From Chiloscyllium plagiosum (taxonomy: Eukaryota), in NCBI RefSeq assembly GCF_004010195.1, contig NC_057751.1, positions 1,589,167 through 1,653,166 on the forward strand: a stretch of 64,000 bases of DNA. Reading direction: 5' to 3'. The translations under genes and the position numbers were made by a program. A model generated the notes under the pieces. The model worked only from the letters and a program-made list of their open reading frames with translations, was not told the origin of the DNA and made no database searches. Within the stretch, counting starts at the first letter, position 1. Every line of letters begins with the position of its first letter. Positions 13,298 to 25,960 of this stretch are shown here, one piece after another.

Positions 13298-14142
13298 GCT
13301 TGTATGAGAGACAGTGATTTCTGTGATTGATATAATGCTCCTTTTCCAGGACTGGCTGGACATACGCACTAAGGAGCCAGCTAACAACAGATCCATAAGG
13401 TATATGATTTCATCTTTTTATCATTGACAGTGGAGGGTGTCAAAAAGGGTCTGACAATTGCAAAGAAATTTGAGGGAGTAAACACAGTAGGAAGGGGGAC
13501 TGAGCAGAAAGCAGGGGGATGACAAAGTGGTTGGATAACTTGCATGGTGATAAGCACTGATGCACTTTTAAATGGGCAAAGAGCTTGTTGCTGAGCAGCA
13601 ATGCCTTAGTATTAGTATTGACAGCAAACTCAGACTATTCAAGACAAGTGAATCATAGCATTGAATCAGCGAGCAAGAATCCACCACAGATCGAGCAAAA
13701 AGACTGAGGGAAAATAACAATAGACAAATCAAGTTCTCGACAAAACAGATCAAATAGTTCATTCGTAAAGATAACAACAGTAATTTGGATCAACTAACAA
13801 TTCCCTTGTTTGCACAATCCCAGTGCTTCCTTGATCAAGATCAATGTATTCTTTTTTAAACCTGTTTGATTCAAATATGGAAACAATGCAGAACATTGTG
13901 CTCCTCGGTCCTCTGTTCAATTTGTTGCATATGATCAGACAACAGAAACGTTCATTCCACCAGACCTGGATCAAATGCTGCATCCAAACTCATCTTGGAC
14001 AACAACCATGATCAGCAAGGAAGGAATATAGAAGCTGAGAGCAGAATACAATGGGCACTCAATACCAAACTTGCAAGTGAAGAAGTGGAAATAAATGAGA
14101 AAATCAGACACTTACTTCCATGAAGAAAGCTGGGACACTTAC

Positions 14143-14208
14143 TTGGTTTATTTCATTGGTTAACTGAGAGAGAATCATTACTCCTATAATACAGTGCTCA
14201 ACACTGTC
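14143..14208 (-). CDS. XPO7: Exportin-7 coding exon 5 (66 nt; possible 27-nt extension to 14116)
   Basis: ccccag|GAC...CAA|gtaagt; DSVEHCIIGVMILSQLTNEINQ. Confidence 0.96.
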
Positions 14209-14894
14209 CTGGGGAGAGAAAACACAGAAACAATGTACTTATTTACTTCCTCTTCATACAGTTTCCCAAATCAAATTTACTGTAATTAACATCTGATCTG
14301 TTATTCATCAGGGATCTCAGGCTCACTAATATAATGGCATCTCTGCCTGGGCACAGACTGAAGTTAGAATCAAGTGTTCATCAAGTTGATGTGGGAGGAC
14401 CTGTGATAAAGATTTTAGATCAACCCAATATTAGAATGGGGTTCCTGACCATTAGAGAGGAGAAACGGCCTCACGGTATTGCTGCTGAACAAGTCAAGCT
14501 GAGACGTAGGTAATATTCTGGGAAATGGGTTCAAATCCCACCACAGCAAACTGAATTTGCATTCAATAGGAAAAAACCTACCAAAGTGTAATGGCTACCA
14601 TTAACAACCGTCATTAAAAACCCACCGGTTTCACCAATGTCCCTTAGAGAAGGGAACTACCATCTGTACCTGTTCTGGCCTACACTTGACCCCTGACCTA
14701 CAGGAAAATGGCTGACATTAAACTGCCCTGTAAAGTGGCCAAGTGGAGAATGCAAGGATGCAATGTTTAGTTGGCTGGCCCAGCCATAATGCCCACAAGG
14801 ACATGACACTAAAAAATTCAACTCTACCTGTAAGCTCTATTACAACAGTAAAGATAAACAGGTCAAGAGAATGCAAGCAGCAAAGGTCGTGACA

Positions 14895-15060
14895 AAAACA
14901 GACATTTTCCGAGCTACTATCAACTCTGAGGAAGGGTCACTGAACCCAAAATGTTAACTTTGATATCTCTTCACAGATGCTGTAGACCTGCTGAGCTTTC
15001 CAGCAACTGCTGGTTTTGATTCTGATTTCCAGCATCCGCACTTCTTTTGGTTTTTATTCA
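14895..15060 (+). mobile_element. PLE-derived short element with decayed hammerhead core
   Basis: ctgaggaagggtcactgaacccaaaatgttaac...gatgctg..agacctgctgagcttt; same family as 31645-31780 and 57220-57805. Confidence 0.7.
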
Positions 15061-15439
15061 GTGAAGGTCGTGAACCTGCTTGACCATAACTTCACACAAA
15101 CTCATTCAGCCCAGCCCATTTGCCTAGGCTTCACACCAGATCAAAAAGGGAGAAACTGAGACAAGAACTTCAACTGACAAAGGGGCTGTACTCTGAAAGC
15201 TTGTGATTTCAAATCAACCTGGTGGACAATAAGCTGGGGTCATGTGATTTGTGACGTTATCCACCTCCCCCATCCATCTCATTGATTAGAAGGAGCATTC
15301 CAGTGCTAAAGCACTGACGTTGGAACATGCTCAGGAATTCAGTACAGAAACTTCATTCAGTCCCGAGTCTGAATTAGAAGGTGGTTAATCAACATCATTT
15401 ACCATCCTTGTTTCCATATTTCTCATGATCAATCATAGC

Positions 15440-16320
15440 ACAGCAATGAAACCTGGGATCCTTTAGAAGACCATTCAGCGAGATTATGGCCAGTGTAAAA
15501 ATCCTCAACTCTACTTTCTTGCCTTTTCTCCCATAACCCTGGATTCCCTTCGCTGATTAAAAATCGGTCTCAGCCTGGAATATACTTAATGACGCAGCTT
15601 GCTGCTATAAAAATTCCAAAGACACATTGCCCTCAGAGAAGAAATTTCTCCTCACCTCCCTTTCAAATGTACGATCCTAATTCTGAGATCATGCTCCGAG
15701 TCTTAGACTTGCCTATAAGAGCAGACAACAGTTCTGCATCTACCATGTTAAGCTCTCCCCTCCTCCTCCCCCGCACCCCCTCAAGAATCCTGTATGTTTC
15801 AATGAGATCACCTCTCATTTTGCTAAAATCCAAAAAAGTACAGGCTCAACTGACTTAACCTCAGCCCAAGTAAACCTTGTCTGGACTGCCTCTAATGCCA
15901 GTAATCCTTTCCTTCGTGAAGGGGCTTAAAACTAATCACAGTATTCTAGCTGTGGGCTGAAACATATGCCTTGGATAGTTTCAGCAAAACTTTGACTGTT
16001 TTTACACTCTATTTCCTTTGAAATAAAAGCTGACATTCCGTGTCTTCCCCATTAGGAGCTGAATTTGAATATGAGCTTTTTGTGATTAGATTAGATTAGA
16101 TTAGATTAGATTAGATTGTGATTCATGAACACCAACTCCCAAAAGGCCCCCGTACTGTAGCTTTCCGCAGTCTCTGTCCACTTCAATAATAGTCAGCTCC
16201 TCTATGCTTCATGTCAGTAGATAACACATAAGGTGTTAAAGTGTGAGGTTATGTGTGAATTTACTGTCCACTCACCTGACTTTTCTATATCCCTATGCAG
16301 ACTCTTTGGGCTGACAGAGC
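15440..16320 (-). mobile_element. Degenerate CR1-type LINE 3' fragment with (GATTA)n microsatellite
   Basis: accattcagc.agattatggc 3' UTR signature in reverse; (gatta)n at about 16084-16117. Confidence 0.7.
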
Positions 16321-16536
16321 TCACTAGACTGCCTTTACCAATGAGCTGTGCAAGAGCATCGGAAGAATATTAACTTTTTTCTGGAATGCTTGCTGCTCCA
16401 GAGAAATGCATGCATTCCAGATAATTACCACAGAAAACATCAAAATAAATTTCAGCTGTAGCTTTGTGGCTTTGGAAGCCAGAATAAACATTTCCCCAAA
16501 TAAAACTCTGTTAGGAACATGGAGACATTTCTGTAC

Positions 16537-16703
16537 CTGCAAGAAGCGTGTGACATCTGCAATGACATTCCTGAAGACGTACTCATCCTTCTGGCAGTCA
16601 AACCAGCCCAGTTTGGTGATTCGAGCAAACAACTGGATGAGAGCCTGCGTTACAAAGTTGGCCAACTTTGGCCTTGTCGCCAAGTAATTCAAGACATAGT
16701 TTC
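16537..16703 (-). CDS. XPO7: Exportin-7 coding exon 4 (167 nt)
   Basis: Pyrimidine tract then ggtaaaag|GA AAC TAT...CAG|gtacag; (R)[55 protein letters not shown] (within ORF 16324..16776). Phase fits exon 3. Confidence 0.97.
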
Positions 16704-17369
16704 CTTTTACCAAGGGAAGAAAGGGAAACAGAAAATTAAATGGTGCAACATCCTTGAAAAGATATAGTGAAAGCACCCAATTTTTAAAACAAATCTGTTA
16801 TCGATCAATATCCTCTCACAGTTTCAAGCTGTCTCCTACTTGTCTTTAAAATCAGGAACGGTCACTTTTGTAGGAAAGACAACAGCCAGTTTGTGCAATG
16901 GGAGCTCATATAAACAGCAATAAATGAAATGAAGAGATCATCTGCTGACCAATGTTGACTGAGGGATAAATATTGGCTCGGCCAACTGAAAGGATGCCCC
17001 ATTCTTCTTTCAAATAGTGTCAAGGCAAATTTAATATATCTGAGCCAAAAGGCAGCACCATCTACAGCGCGGTATACCCCATCAGTCCGTCACTGGAAAT
17101 TTAACCTCGGTTTGGGAGTCCAGGTGTCTGCGTTCAAGTGAAGGTGTCCAGTGCTCCAAAGCTAACATGATCTTTTCAAGCAAGGTCACTGGTAGTTAGC
17201 CCACAAAAGTAATGGCAAAGCTCACAGCAAGATATGACAAATAAATGACCAGCTAGTCTGCCATGTTTACCAAGTGAAGGTTAAATGCAAGTCAGGAATC
17301 ATAGAACTCTTTCTCTCTGATTCCAATTCCATCATGAGACCTCGTACATGGAGCCACTGATTAATATCT

Positions 17370-17720
17370 TGAAAGATTTGGAAACTGGTGAAGTCAATGT
17401 CGAGGCTATGTGGTTATAGGGTCCTGAGGTAGAAGAGGAGGTATTTCTCCTCCAGTTTGTGGGTAGCCTTGTTGAGGAGCCTCAGAATGGATATGATGTC
17501 AGAAAGCAGATAGGGATGGGGAGAGAAATTTGTTTTGATCATTGGGTCTGACTGTCAGTGGTGAAAGTGGCGGAGGATGATTTGCTAGATTTGGAGAGGA
17601 GTGGAGTGGAATGTGAGGACCAGGGGGATCCTCACCTTGTTGTGGTTGGGGGGGGGGGGGGGGGGGGAGGGGGAGGTGTGGGAAATGGAGGAGATGCAAT
17701 TAAGGGCATTGTTGATTACA
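17370..17720 (-). mobile_element. PLE fragment (degenerate)
   Basis: INNALNCISSIS...KVRIPLVLTFHSTPLQI; homologous to 18780-19080. Confidence 0.75.
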
Positions 17721-18257
17721 CTGAAAGACATATGAACTGGTTCAGGATTTGGTTTCATTATTTGAATAAAATACCAATATATTTGGTGCGAAGACAAATA
17801 TCAGAACTCTGAGAAATCGAAACAGCGTGCTGGCATTTGCAAAGAGCTCTCACAAGTGTATTATTACTTACAAAGGTTTCCCAGAACTGTCTCAGTCTTT
17901 GCAAGCTCCCAGGACTGATAGAAGCAGACAGTACCCATGGGTAACCCCAAGCACATCTCAGTATTTGTCAAGCCTGCACTATGTTTATTATCTCCACAAA
18001 ACTGTCTCAGTATTTGAATAAAGTCCCCAGACGTTTGCAGAGTGCCCAACAGTATATTACTATTTATGCAAGAACCCCTGAACATCAGTGTTAGCAAGGA
18101 GACACACATTCAGCTTTCAAACATGTGTCACATAAATGAGTCACACACCACAGGTCACCATAGCATTCCAAGCAGAAAAGTGTGAAATTTGAAACATTAT
18201 TGGGCTACTATGTTGCCCTTATGAAAATTCAGGGAGAAAATAACAGCTCATACTTAC

Positions 18258-18351
18258 GTATGTCAGTGCGTTGTTCTAAAGGCAAGGGGTTATTCGTTCG
18301 TGACACAAGCTTTGTAAGGCAGGTTGCCGCCAGCAACTGTGAATATGACGA
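18258..18351 (-). CDS. XPO7: Exportin-7 coding exon 3 (94 nt)
   Basis: ccctag|TCG...ATA C|gtaagt; [31 protein letters not shown](R); importin-beta N-terminal domain region. Confidence 0.97.
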
Positions 18352-19455
18352 CTAGGGAATAATAATGACAACATTAAGAAAGACAACAGTTGCTCAGAAC
18401 TTCACATCTGCAGCAATAAACAAATACTCTGTCGCCCATTACTGACAAGTACTCAACTGAGAAGAAGTGAGATTTCCGAGATCCAGATTTGAAGTCGAGA
18501 AAGTATGGCACTGGAAAATGCACAGCAGGTCAGGCACGATTGGAGAAGCAGAAGAGGCCTGGGGAGAGGGAAGGGCACTGAGAAACAAATAGGGGAATGG
18601 GGGTGGGGGCTGGGGAAAAGTTAGGTGGGATGGCGATAGGTGGGCAGAGGTAGAAAGTGATTGCGATAGGTCGGTGGGGAGGGTGGAGTGGATAGATGGG
18701 AAAGAAGATGGGCAGTTAGGTCATGTCAAGAAGGTGGAGTTCAGTCAGCAGGTTGCATCTGGCATGGGGTGGGGTGTTCTCCTGCCTCCAGAACTGTAAT
18801 TTCCTCTCCTCTGTTATCAACAATGCCCTCAATCGCATCTCCTCCATTTCCCACACCTCCACCGCACCCACAAGGCTAGAATCTCCCTGGTCCTCACATT
18901 CCACCCCACTCATCTTCAAATCCACCGTATCATCCTCCGCCATTTTCACCACCTACAGTCAGACCCAATCACCAAAACAAATTTCCCTCCCAATCCCGCA
19001 GGGACCATTCTATAACCACATAGCCTCAACATTGATTTGACCAGTTTCCAAATCTCCCAACGCCACATCATCCCAGACCCAACTCTCAGACTCATCACCA
19101 TCTTCTTGGCCTGACCTTCCTTGACCTTAAATTTACCTGGACCATCTCTGACACCTCCCTCCCCTTCCTGGACCTCTCCATCTCCATTAATGATGACCGA
19201 CTTGACACTGACATTTTTTACAAACCCACCGACTCCCACTGCGACCTGGATTACACCTCTTCCCACCCAACCTCTTGCAAAAATGCCATCCCTTTTTCGC
19301 AATTCCTCCGCCGGATCTGCTCCCAGGAGGACCAGTTCCACCACAGAACATACCAGATGGCCTCCTTCTTTAGAGACCGCAATTTCCCTTCCCACGTGGT
19401 TAAAGATGCTCTCCAACGCATCTCGTCTACATCCCGCACCTCCGTCCTCAGACCC

Positions 19456-19954
19456 NNNNNNNNNNNNNNNNNNNNNNNNNNNNNNNNNNNNNNNNNNNNN
19501 NNNNNNNNNNNNNNNNNNNNNNNNNNNNNNNNNNNNNNNNNNNNNNNNNNNNNNNNNNNNNNNNNNNNNNNNNNNNNNNNNNNNNNNNNNNNNNNNNNNN
19601 NNNNNNNNNNNNNNNNNNNNNNNNNNNNNNNNNNNNNNNNNNNNNNNNNNNNNNNNNNNNNNNNNNNNNNNNNNNNNNNNNNNNNNNNNNNNNNNNNNNN
19701 NNNNNNNNNNNNNNNNNNNNNNNNNNNNNNNNNNNNNNNNNNNNNNNNNNNNNNNNNNNNNNNNNNNNNNNNNNNNNNNNNNNNNNNNNNNNNNNNNNNN
19801 NNNNNNNNNNNNNNNNNNNNNNNNNNNNNNNNNNNNNNNNNNNNNNNNNNNNNNNNNNNNNNNNNNNNNNNNNNNNNNNNNNNNNNNNNNNNNNNNNNNN
19901 NNNNNNNNNNNNNNNNNNNNNNNNNNNNNNNNNNNNNNNNNNNNNNNNNNNNNN
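19456..19954. other. Assembly gap (N run); a second short gap at 4489-4512
   Basis: Direct reading; both gaps fall inside young PLE copies. Confidence 0.99.
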
Positions 19955-20076
19955 CCTCCCTGACCTATCATCTTCATCCCCTCCCCTACTCACACATTGT
20001 ACTCTATGCTACTTTCTCCCCATCCCCACCCTCCTCTAGCTTATCTCTCCACGCTCCAGGCTCACTGCCTTTATTC

Positions 20077-20104
20077 CTGATGAAGGGCTTTTGCCCGAAA
20101 CGTC
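20077..20104 (+). ncRNA. Minimal hammerhead ribozyme motif
   Basis: CTGATGA-A-GGGC tttt GCCC-GAAA-CGTC: all core nucleotides present; stem I is short. Confidence 0.72.
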
Positions 20105-20344
20105 GATTTCGAAGCTCCTTGGATGCTGCCTGAACTGCTGTGCTCTTCCAGCACCATTAATCCAGAATCTGGTTTCCAGCATCTGCAGTCATTGTTTTTA
20201 CCTTTTTGACCTTCCTTCCCACCTACCCTCTCCACTAACTAATCACAATCACTTCCGACCTGACCTACCTCTCGCCATCCCAGCTACCTTGCCCCTAGCC
20301 CTACCCCATTATTTATCTCTGAGCCCTCTTCCCTCTCCACATTC

Positions 20345-20372
20345 CTGATGAAGGGCTTCTGTCTGAAACGTT
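20345..20372 (+). ncRNA. Minimal hammerhead ribozyme motif
   Basis: CTGATGA-A-GGGC ttct GTCT-GAAA-CGTT: stem II held by G-U pairs, GUU site. Confidence 0.58.
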
Positions 20373-20599
20373 GACTCTTGTTCCTCGGATGCTGCCTGAC
20401 CTGCTGTGCTTTTTCCAGTGCCACACTTTATTGACTCTGACTTCTCCAGCACCTATAGCCCTCACTATTTTCGGGATCAAGATTTATCACCCACCCACCC
20501 AACAGCAGGAATTAAAAGATTTCTCCAATATCCAGAGCTCAGGGCATAAACACTTACGTATAGCTTAAAGTTTAATCTCATCTCAATAATCACATGACC

Positions 20600-21010
20600 T
20601 CCAAACCATAAGACCGGAAGAGATAGGAGCAGAAATGAGGCCATTCAGCCCATCGAGTCTGCTCTGCCATTCAATTGTGGCTGATAAGTTTCTCAATCTC
20701 ATTCTCCTAATTTCTCCCTGTAACCCTTCGCACTCAGGAACCTATCTATCTCAGTCTTAAATATACTCAATGACCTGATCTCCACAGTCTTCTGTGGCAG
20801 TGAATTCCATAGATTCGCTATTCTCTGGCTGAAGAAGTTTCTCTGCATCTCCATTCGAAAAAGTTTTTCCTTTACTCTATGTCTCGCTTACCAATGGAAA
20901 CATCTTCCCAACATCTACTCTGTCCAGGCCACTCAGTATGTTTCAATTAGATGTCCCCTTATGCTTCTGAATTCCATCAAGTATAAACCCTGAAATGTTC
21001 CTCATGTTGA
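20600..21010 (-). mobile_element. CR1-type LINE 3' end
   Basis: ggagcagaaatgaggccattcagcccatcgagtctgct, a reversed CR1 3' UTR, plus adjacent ORF2 end. Confidence 0.8.
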
Positions 21011-21764
21011 ACATGAGCAGCTATTTGTGCCCACAGAAGAAAGCACAAAATGCAAATGAGGCTTCTAGTTTTCTACCTGATTCCAAGTTCCATGACAGTC
21101 TGCAGCAGAAAATCTTATGAGATGCTTGATTTAATTGCTAAGTACAATGGCTTATTACACACTGGGGTAAACACCACAATGCAACATGCTACTGTCTGAA
21201 CATTACAGAAACAGAGTATTCAGCCTAACAAGTACATAATGCTCTATATTCTCCAAAAGCTCCTCCAAGTCCTCTTGGTGTAACCTCACCAACACTTTCT
21301 TCTTCAGAGTAAATCAGTTTCATCTTCTATGCATTTGCACAATGTGCCTCAACTCTCACCAATCAAAGGAGTTTTTCCTGTGTTCGGTATTGTCTTATAG
21401 TTACATTCCTGTCTTTTGTAGTCCTATTCCAGGTCTTACCCTTCAGGTGAAACATAACAAATCTTTGGCAGGATTGTCTCAGGAGGAGAGGTTGAAGAAG
21501 TTGGCCTGTATCCTTCAGAGTTTCACAAAAATGAGAAGTGGCCATAAGATGCAAAAGCAATAGTTGTGCATTCATTCCATCAGCTCAGCAGTTTAATGAG
21601 ATCACAATTCATCGAAAAATCCTGAAATGGACTTAGCTGCATTCTCGGCACCACCTTCAGCTCTGTTACTGATGAAAAATCGGTCTACTTCAACCTTGCA
21701 AACACTTAATGACCCAGCTTCAGCGGTTCCCCAGGGATCTCACTGAGAAATACCAAATTCTTGC

Positions 21765-22100
21765 AGACTGTGACAAGGTGGATCCAGTTAACGTGCTTCT
21801 TTCATGTAGCAAGTTCAGAACTAAGGAGCACAGTTTCTGAGTAACAGGCAGGCCATTTAAGACCGAGATAAAGAGGAATTTCTTCGTTCTAAGAATTGTG
21901 CATCTTGGATTCTCAACCCCAGAGCGCTGTGGAAACTCAATCACTGACCCGCTCAAGATGGAAATGGAGGCGTTTCTGGAGACGAGTAACATCAAGGGAG
22001 AAAGCCCAGCCACGTGGCACTGACATAAATGATCAGCCATGAGGCGAACTGAAGGGTAGAACAAGCTCGGTGACTGAATAGCCTACTGCTACTCCGACAC
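21765..22100 (+). mobile_element. CR1-type LINE 3' end (degenerate)
   Basis: aggccatttaagaccgagata..aggaatttctt...gatcagccatga...gaatagcctactgct. Confidence 0.7.
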
Positions 22101-23026
22101 GCTTTTTGCTTTTATACTCTTAAAGGCATGTACCAGATCACACCTATTTTCTCTTGGCTCAAGGATTCATGCCAGCCTGATGAATCTTGGCTTTCCAGAA
22201 CTTGTTAGTCCAATTGTTGATCTCCTTCCTCTTGTCACGACCATTTTATATCATTAAAATCAGTCGAAGTGACCTGGATATGATGCTGCCATAGAAGCAA
22301 AACAAAGAATCCATCTCAACTATTTCTGTCTAACCTTCCAGCTCTGAACAACCAATGCATTTACAGGAAGGAAAAGGTGAAAAAAACCCAGCTATCGCTC
22401 ACAAAGATGAGAAGTTTTCAAGCTCACAGACTTTCCATATGGTACAAAACAGATTTTTAGTTCAACAATCTACTGTCTTGCTCAAATATCAAATTCCAAC
22501 ACTGCAAACTACATTGGTCTTTTGAGTGCAGGTAGAAGAAATATGCATCAGTTAAACAAACAACATCCTGCAATTACTTCAATCTGATTGAGTCAGACCA
22601 ATAAGTATTCCAATCACCCTTCATCCATCAGACGGCACAATGAGTTTCAATGTTGAATGGATAGGAGCCGCTTCATGACTGAGGTGGTAACATCCCAAGA
22701 CAGTTTAAAACACATACATGCATTCAGCACATAGAACCCCTCAGGCTAGCATAACAAGCCTTCAGAATCAATGATGACTTTTTCCCAAAGCAAGTTCATT
22801 ATTAATGGCTCTGCAGAATATGTTGAAAAGCAACACGTGCCAAAAGTGCGCAGAGAGTATGATTAGCATCAGTTTAGGAAAGAGTACAGAGATCTACAGG
22901 ATAATAGCTGAGGATAGCAAGACGTCACAACAACTGAAAACATCAGAGGATGGCTTCACTATGACTGGAGTTGATCTTGGGCTTGGATTCCACGAACCTG
23001 CTCAATCCCAAGAGAAACAAAACTCA

Positions 23027-23355
23027 AAGTTTGAGGGATGATTTGTTGCTCAGGTGCTCGTTGTTGTGGTTCTGTTCGCCGAGCTGGGAATTTGTGTTGC
23101 AGACATTTCGTCCCGTCTAGGTGACATCCTCAGTGCTTGGGAGCCTCCTGTGAAGCGCTTCTGTGATGTTTCCTCCGGCATTTATAATGATTTGTACCTG
23201 CCGCTTCCGGTTGTCAGTTCCAGCTGTCCGCTGCAGTGGCCGGTGTATTGGGTCCAGGTCGATCTGCTTGTTGATTGAATCTGTGGATGAGTGCCATGCC
23301 TCTAGGAATTCCCTGGCTGTTCTCTGTTTGGCTTGTCCGATAATAGTAGTGTCGA
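23027..23355 (-). mobile_element. PLE terminal-repeat copy (same family as 3824-4944)
   Basis: Near-identical to about 3825-4150; hammerhead motif at 23102-23133 (GAAATGTC variant); flanked by AAAACTCA. Confidence 0.88.
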
Positions 23356-25273
23356 AAAAAAACTCAGTTACCAGGTCAGTATTACAAATATCCAGCAATC
23401 GACAACGCTGTGGTAGAAAAGATAGAAAATTCACAACCCTTTGAGTGAGGACATTTCTCCTCATGTCACTGCTGAATGGTCAACAACTAATCCAAAGATT
23501 GGGCTCCCATCTTGGAGACTTTCTGTTGAGCAGACAAAATCTCTGTGTCCAACCAATCAAGCCTCTTCCAAATGTAGTGTACTTCAGTGTGTTCACAACT
23601 CATTCTTCTAAATTCCAAAGCATACAGCCTTTTCTGGTTGGACAATCCTCTCATCCTAGGGACCAAGATATTACAACCTTCAATGCAAGTACACCATCCT
23701 TAAAGACAGAGATCAAAGTTGCACGCAGTATTTCAGGTGGTTTCTCAGCAAACCCCTATATGGTTGTCGCAACATTGCTTTATTCCTGCACTCTAATGCC
23801 CTTAGCTTCCTGAATGCTTGTTGTACCTGCATGCTCTCTTTCTGTGCTCCTGCGTTTATGATACCAATTGATGGTAACACTGGAAAAGTCAGATCCTTAA
23901 GTGAGAATGATAGACTAAGGTTTATTTGTATTTTTGTTGACCATGGTGGTCAGTCACAGAATACTTTCACAAAAGGTTGCCAACGTACAGCAAACTTACT
24001 TTTAACTGGCACTCTTGATAAACCGGCCAAAATGATCCATGTGAAATACCAGAGGTTGACTACTTTATCGAATACTCTGTAATGTTTGAAATGTCAGTTG
24101 AGGTTGAGCGTGAGAAGGCTGTCTGCCAGGAAGTTTTATTTAAGGCCAAGTTGCTTTATTATTTAAGTGATTTATGCTGCTAATACCGTAATACAGTGAC
24201 ATTACATCTCAATTACTTGTCTGTGTATTTTTACATTGATTATATGGCCCTCTTGATCACTTGGAATATTTGACCAACTAACCCAGTGACCACTTCTGGT
24301 CTGCCAGGGCTGGTTCATCAGTAGTGCGCCGTACCCATAAGTGTTTAAAAATATTTGCTTGCACAAAAAAGCGTAAAAAAAAAACTCCACAACACGAACA
24401 ATAATGACTGGAATTAACAAAATGCAAATATCAGCAAGAAAGATTCAACTATCTCACTGAAACAACAAGCTGACAAACCTCTCAGTTCAGTTAAGGGTCA
24501 CCAAAGGTCCTCGTTAGGCTGAATGATTGGAACTGGTTTCCTTTTCGTCATCAGGTTTGCACATTCACTCCAAGTTGTTCTCATCAATTAATGACTCTCA
24601 CAGAGATCTTTCAACAAGGGGCCATCTCGGCTTGTTATCAGTACCAGATGTTGATGTCTCTGACGGTTTCGGATACTGGTATACTGTCAGCACCGTTCGG
24701 GACATTTTTAATTCTTGAATGAAGCTGTTTCTGGGTGTGGGCATGTGTATGTTTAACAGCTGGTGTATCCAGAATGGGGACGGGTTGTTGGACTGGGGAC
24801 CTGGTGCAGGCAGTCAGAGGCTTGCAAGCCCTGTCAGACCACACATGGAAGCCCCCTGTACTGTTCTATAGCACGTCCTTTACAGAAAGACAGTCATGTT
24901 CATCTTTCTAACAGCAGTTCTTATCTTTATAACTTATACTACGAAGGTAATAGAACTATTTCCCTCAATTTCTCCATTTTGTATCGAAGATTTGCAGCCA
25001 GATGCTTTGTACCTAAGCTGGCTTCATGTGTGGTGACACTGTACACTTTTCACTGTGCTCCAGCACTTGAGTACACATGACGATAAAGCAAATTCTAATT
25101 CTAATAAAGCAAGACAAACCATTATCAAGCTGAAAATCAAATTCCATTTTTGTCCATTTTAAAATCCATGTTTCTAAATAAGAACACATTTTGAGTCCTC
25201 CTAACAGTGAAAATTAGCGTACCTGTGTCCCTCTAAAGATCAACATTTGAATTGTCCACAAAATGGTACTTAC

Positions 25274-25420
25274 ACTTCCTCTTTCCAACAGCAGTTGGCA
25301 TCTGCTCAGACAGTCTGGGCTGTTGGTGAATTCAACCAGGGCCTTTTCTGCCTGCAGGCGAGTCGATGTGTCAGTGGTTTCATAGAGCTGTTTGCACAGT
25401 ATCTCGAGCTGGGCTAAGCT
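25274..25420 (-). CDS. XPO7: Exportin-7 coding exon 2 (147 nt)
   Basis: ttacag|AGC...AGT|gtaagt; [49 protein letters not shown]; phase 0-0, in frame with exon 1. Confidence 0.97.
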
Positions 25421-25499
25421 CTGTAACGAGAAATTAAGTATTGGCTATTGGAACACCCATTGAACATCAGAACATACAGCTTTCAGGATTGTATCCACG

Positions 25500-25960
25500 C
25501 AAAAAAAGAAAAGACTTGAAGTTAAGTAGCAGCTCTCACAACCTCAGGATGTCTCAAAGCACTGCACAGCCAATCAAGTAAGAAAGTAAGAAACATGCGG
25601 CTCAGTGGGCAGCACAATTGCCTCTGAATCATAACGTTTGAGGTTCAACTCCTACTCCAGCATCTGAGTAGGAAAATCAAGGTTGACACTCGACCACTGA
25701 ATTGAGGAACGACAAGATGCTGTCTTGGAGCTCAACACTTGGCCTTATTTGCTCAGTTGCAGGAAGTTTCATGAGGCTGTCCCAGTACACTGTCTGATAC
25801 CTTTCCCTCATAGGCAAAACAGACTGAATGAGTTTCATCCATATGTTTGTGGGAGATTGCTAAGCACCTACTGGCCAAGTGTATCTGACAACCGGAACAA
25901 GGTTTCAACAATTATCTCATTGGTTGCCAAGTCCTTCTACAAGCCATGAGAAACATAATC
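25500..25960. mobile_element. Ancient SINE remnants (SacSINE1/Deu-SINE-like)
   Basis: Plus-strand tRNA-like head ggctcagtgggcagcac...ggttcaactcc with tgtttgtgggag...cattggttg tail motifs; reversed tail acaacctcaggatgtctcaaagcact..acagccaat at about 25540. Family name is from recall. Confidence 0.45.

Larger units (their letters stand above)
19123..20206 (+). mobile_element. Younger PLE (RT C-terminus, N gap, terminal repeat)
   Basis: LKFTWTISDTSLPFLDLSISI...DIFYKPTDSH..LDYTSSHP...RRICSQEDQFH...MASFFRDRNFPSHVV; 11-bp duplication TGACCTTCCTT (19112-19122, 20207-20217). Confidence 0.85.
18491..20468 (+). mobile_element. Older PLE with 5'-inverted terminal copy, hosting a younger PLE
   Basis: 18491-18780 is the reverse complement of the 3' terminal region seen at about 20220-20468. 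Degenerate flanking duplication at 18474-18490 / 20469-20485 (14/17 identical). Confidence 0.7.

Noticed and set aside
18946..20133. Long ORFs (181-343 aa) in the ORF track
   Set aside because: Artefacts of translating through the N gap; the flanks are PLE sequence.
24655..24695. Hammerhead-like CTGA...GAAAC on the minus strand
   Set aside because: It reads CTGACAG rather than CTGAnGA and stem II is unconvincing; only a small imperfect hairpin.
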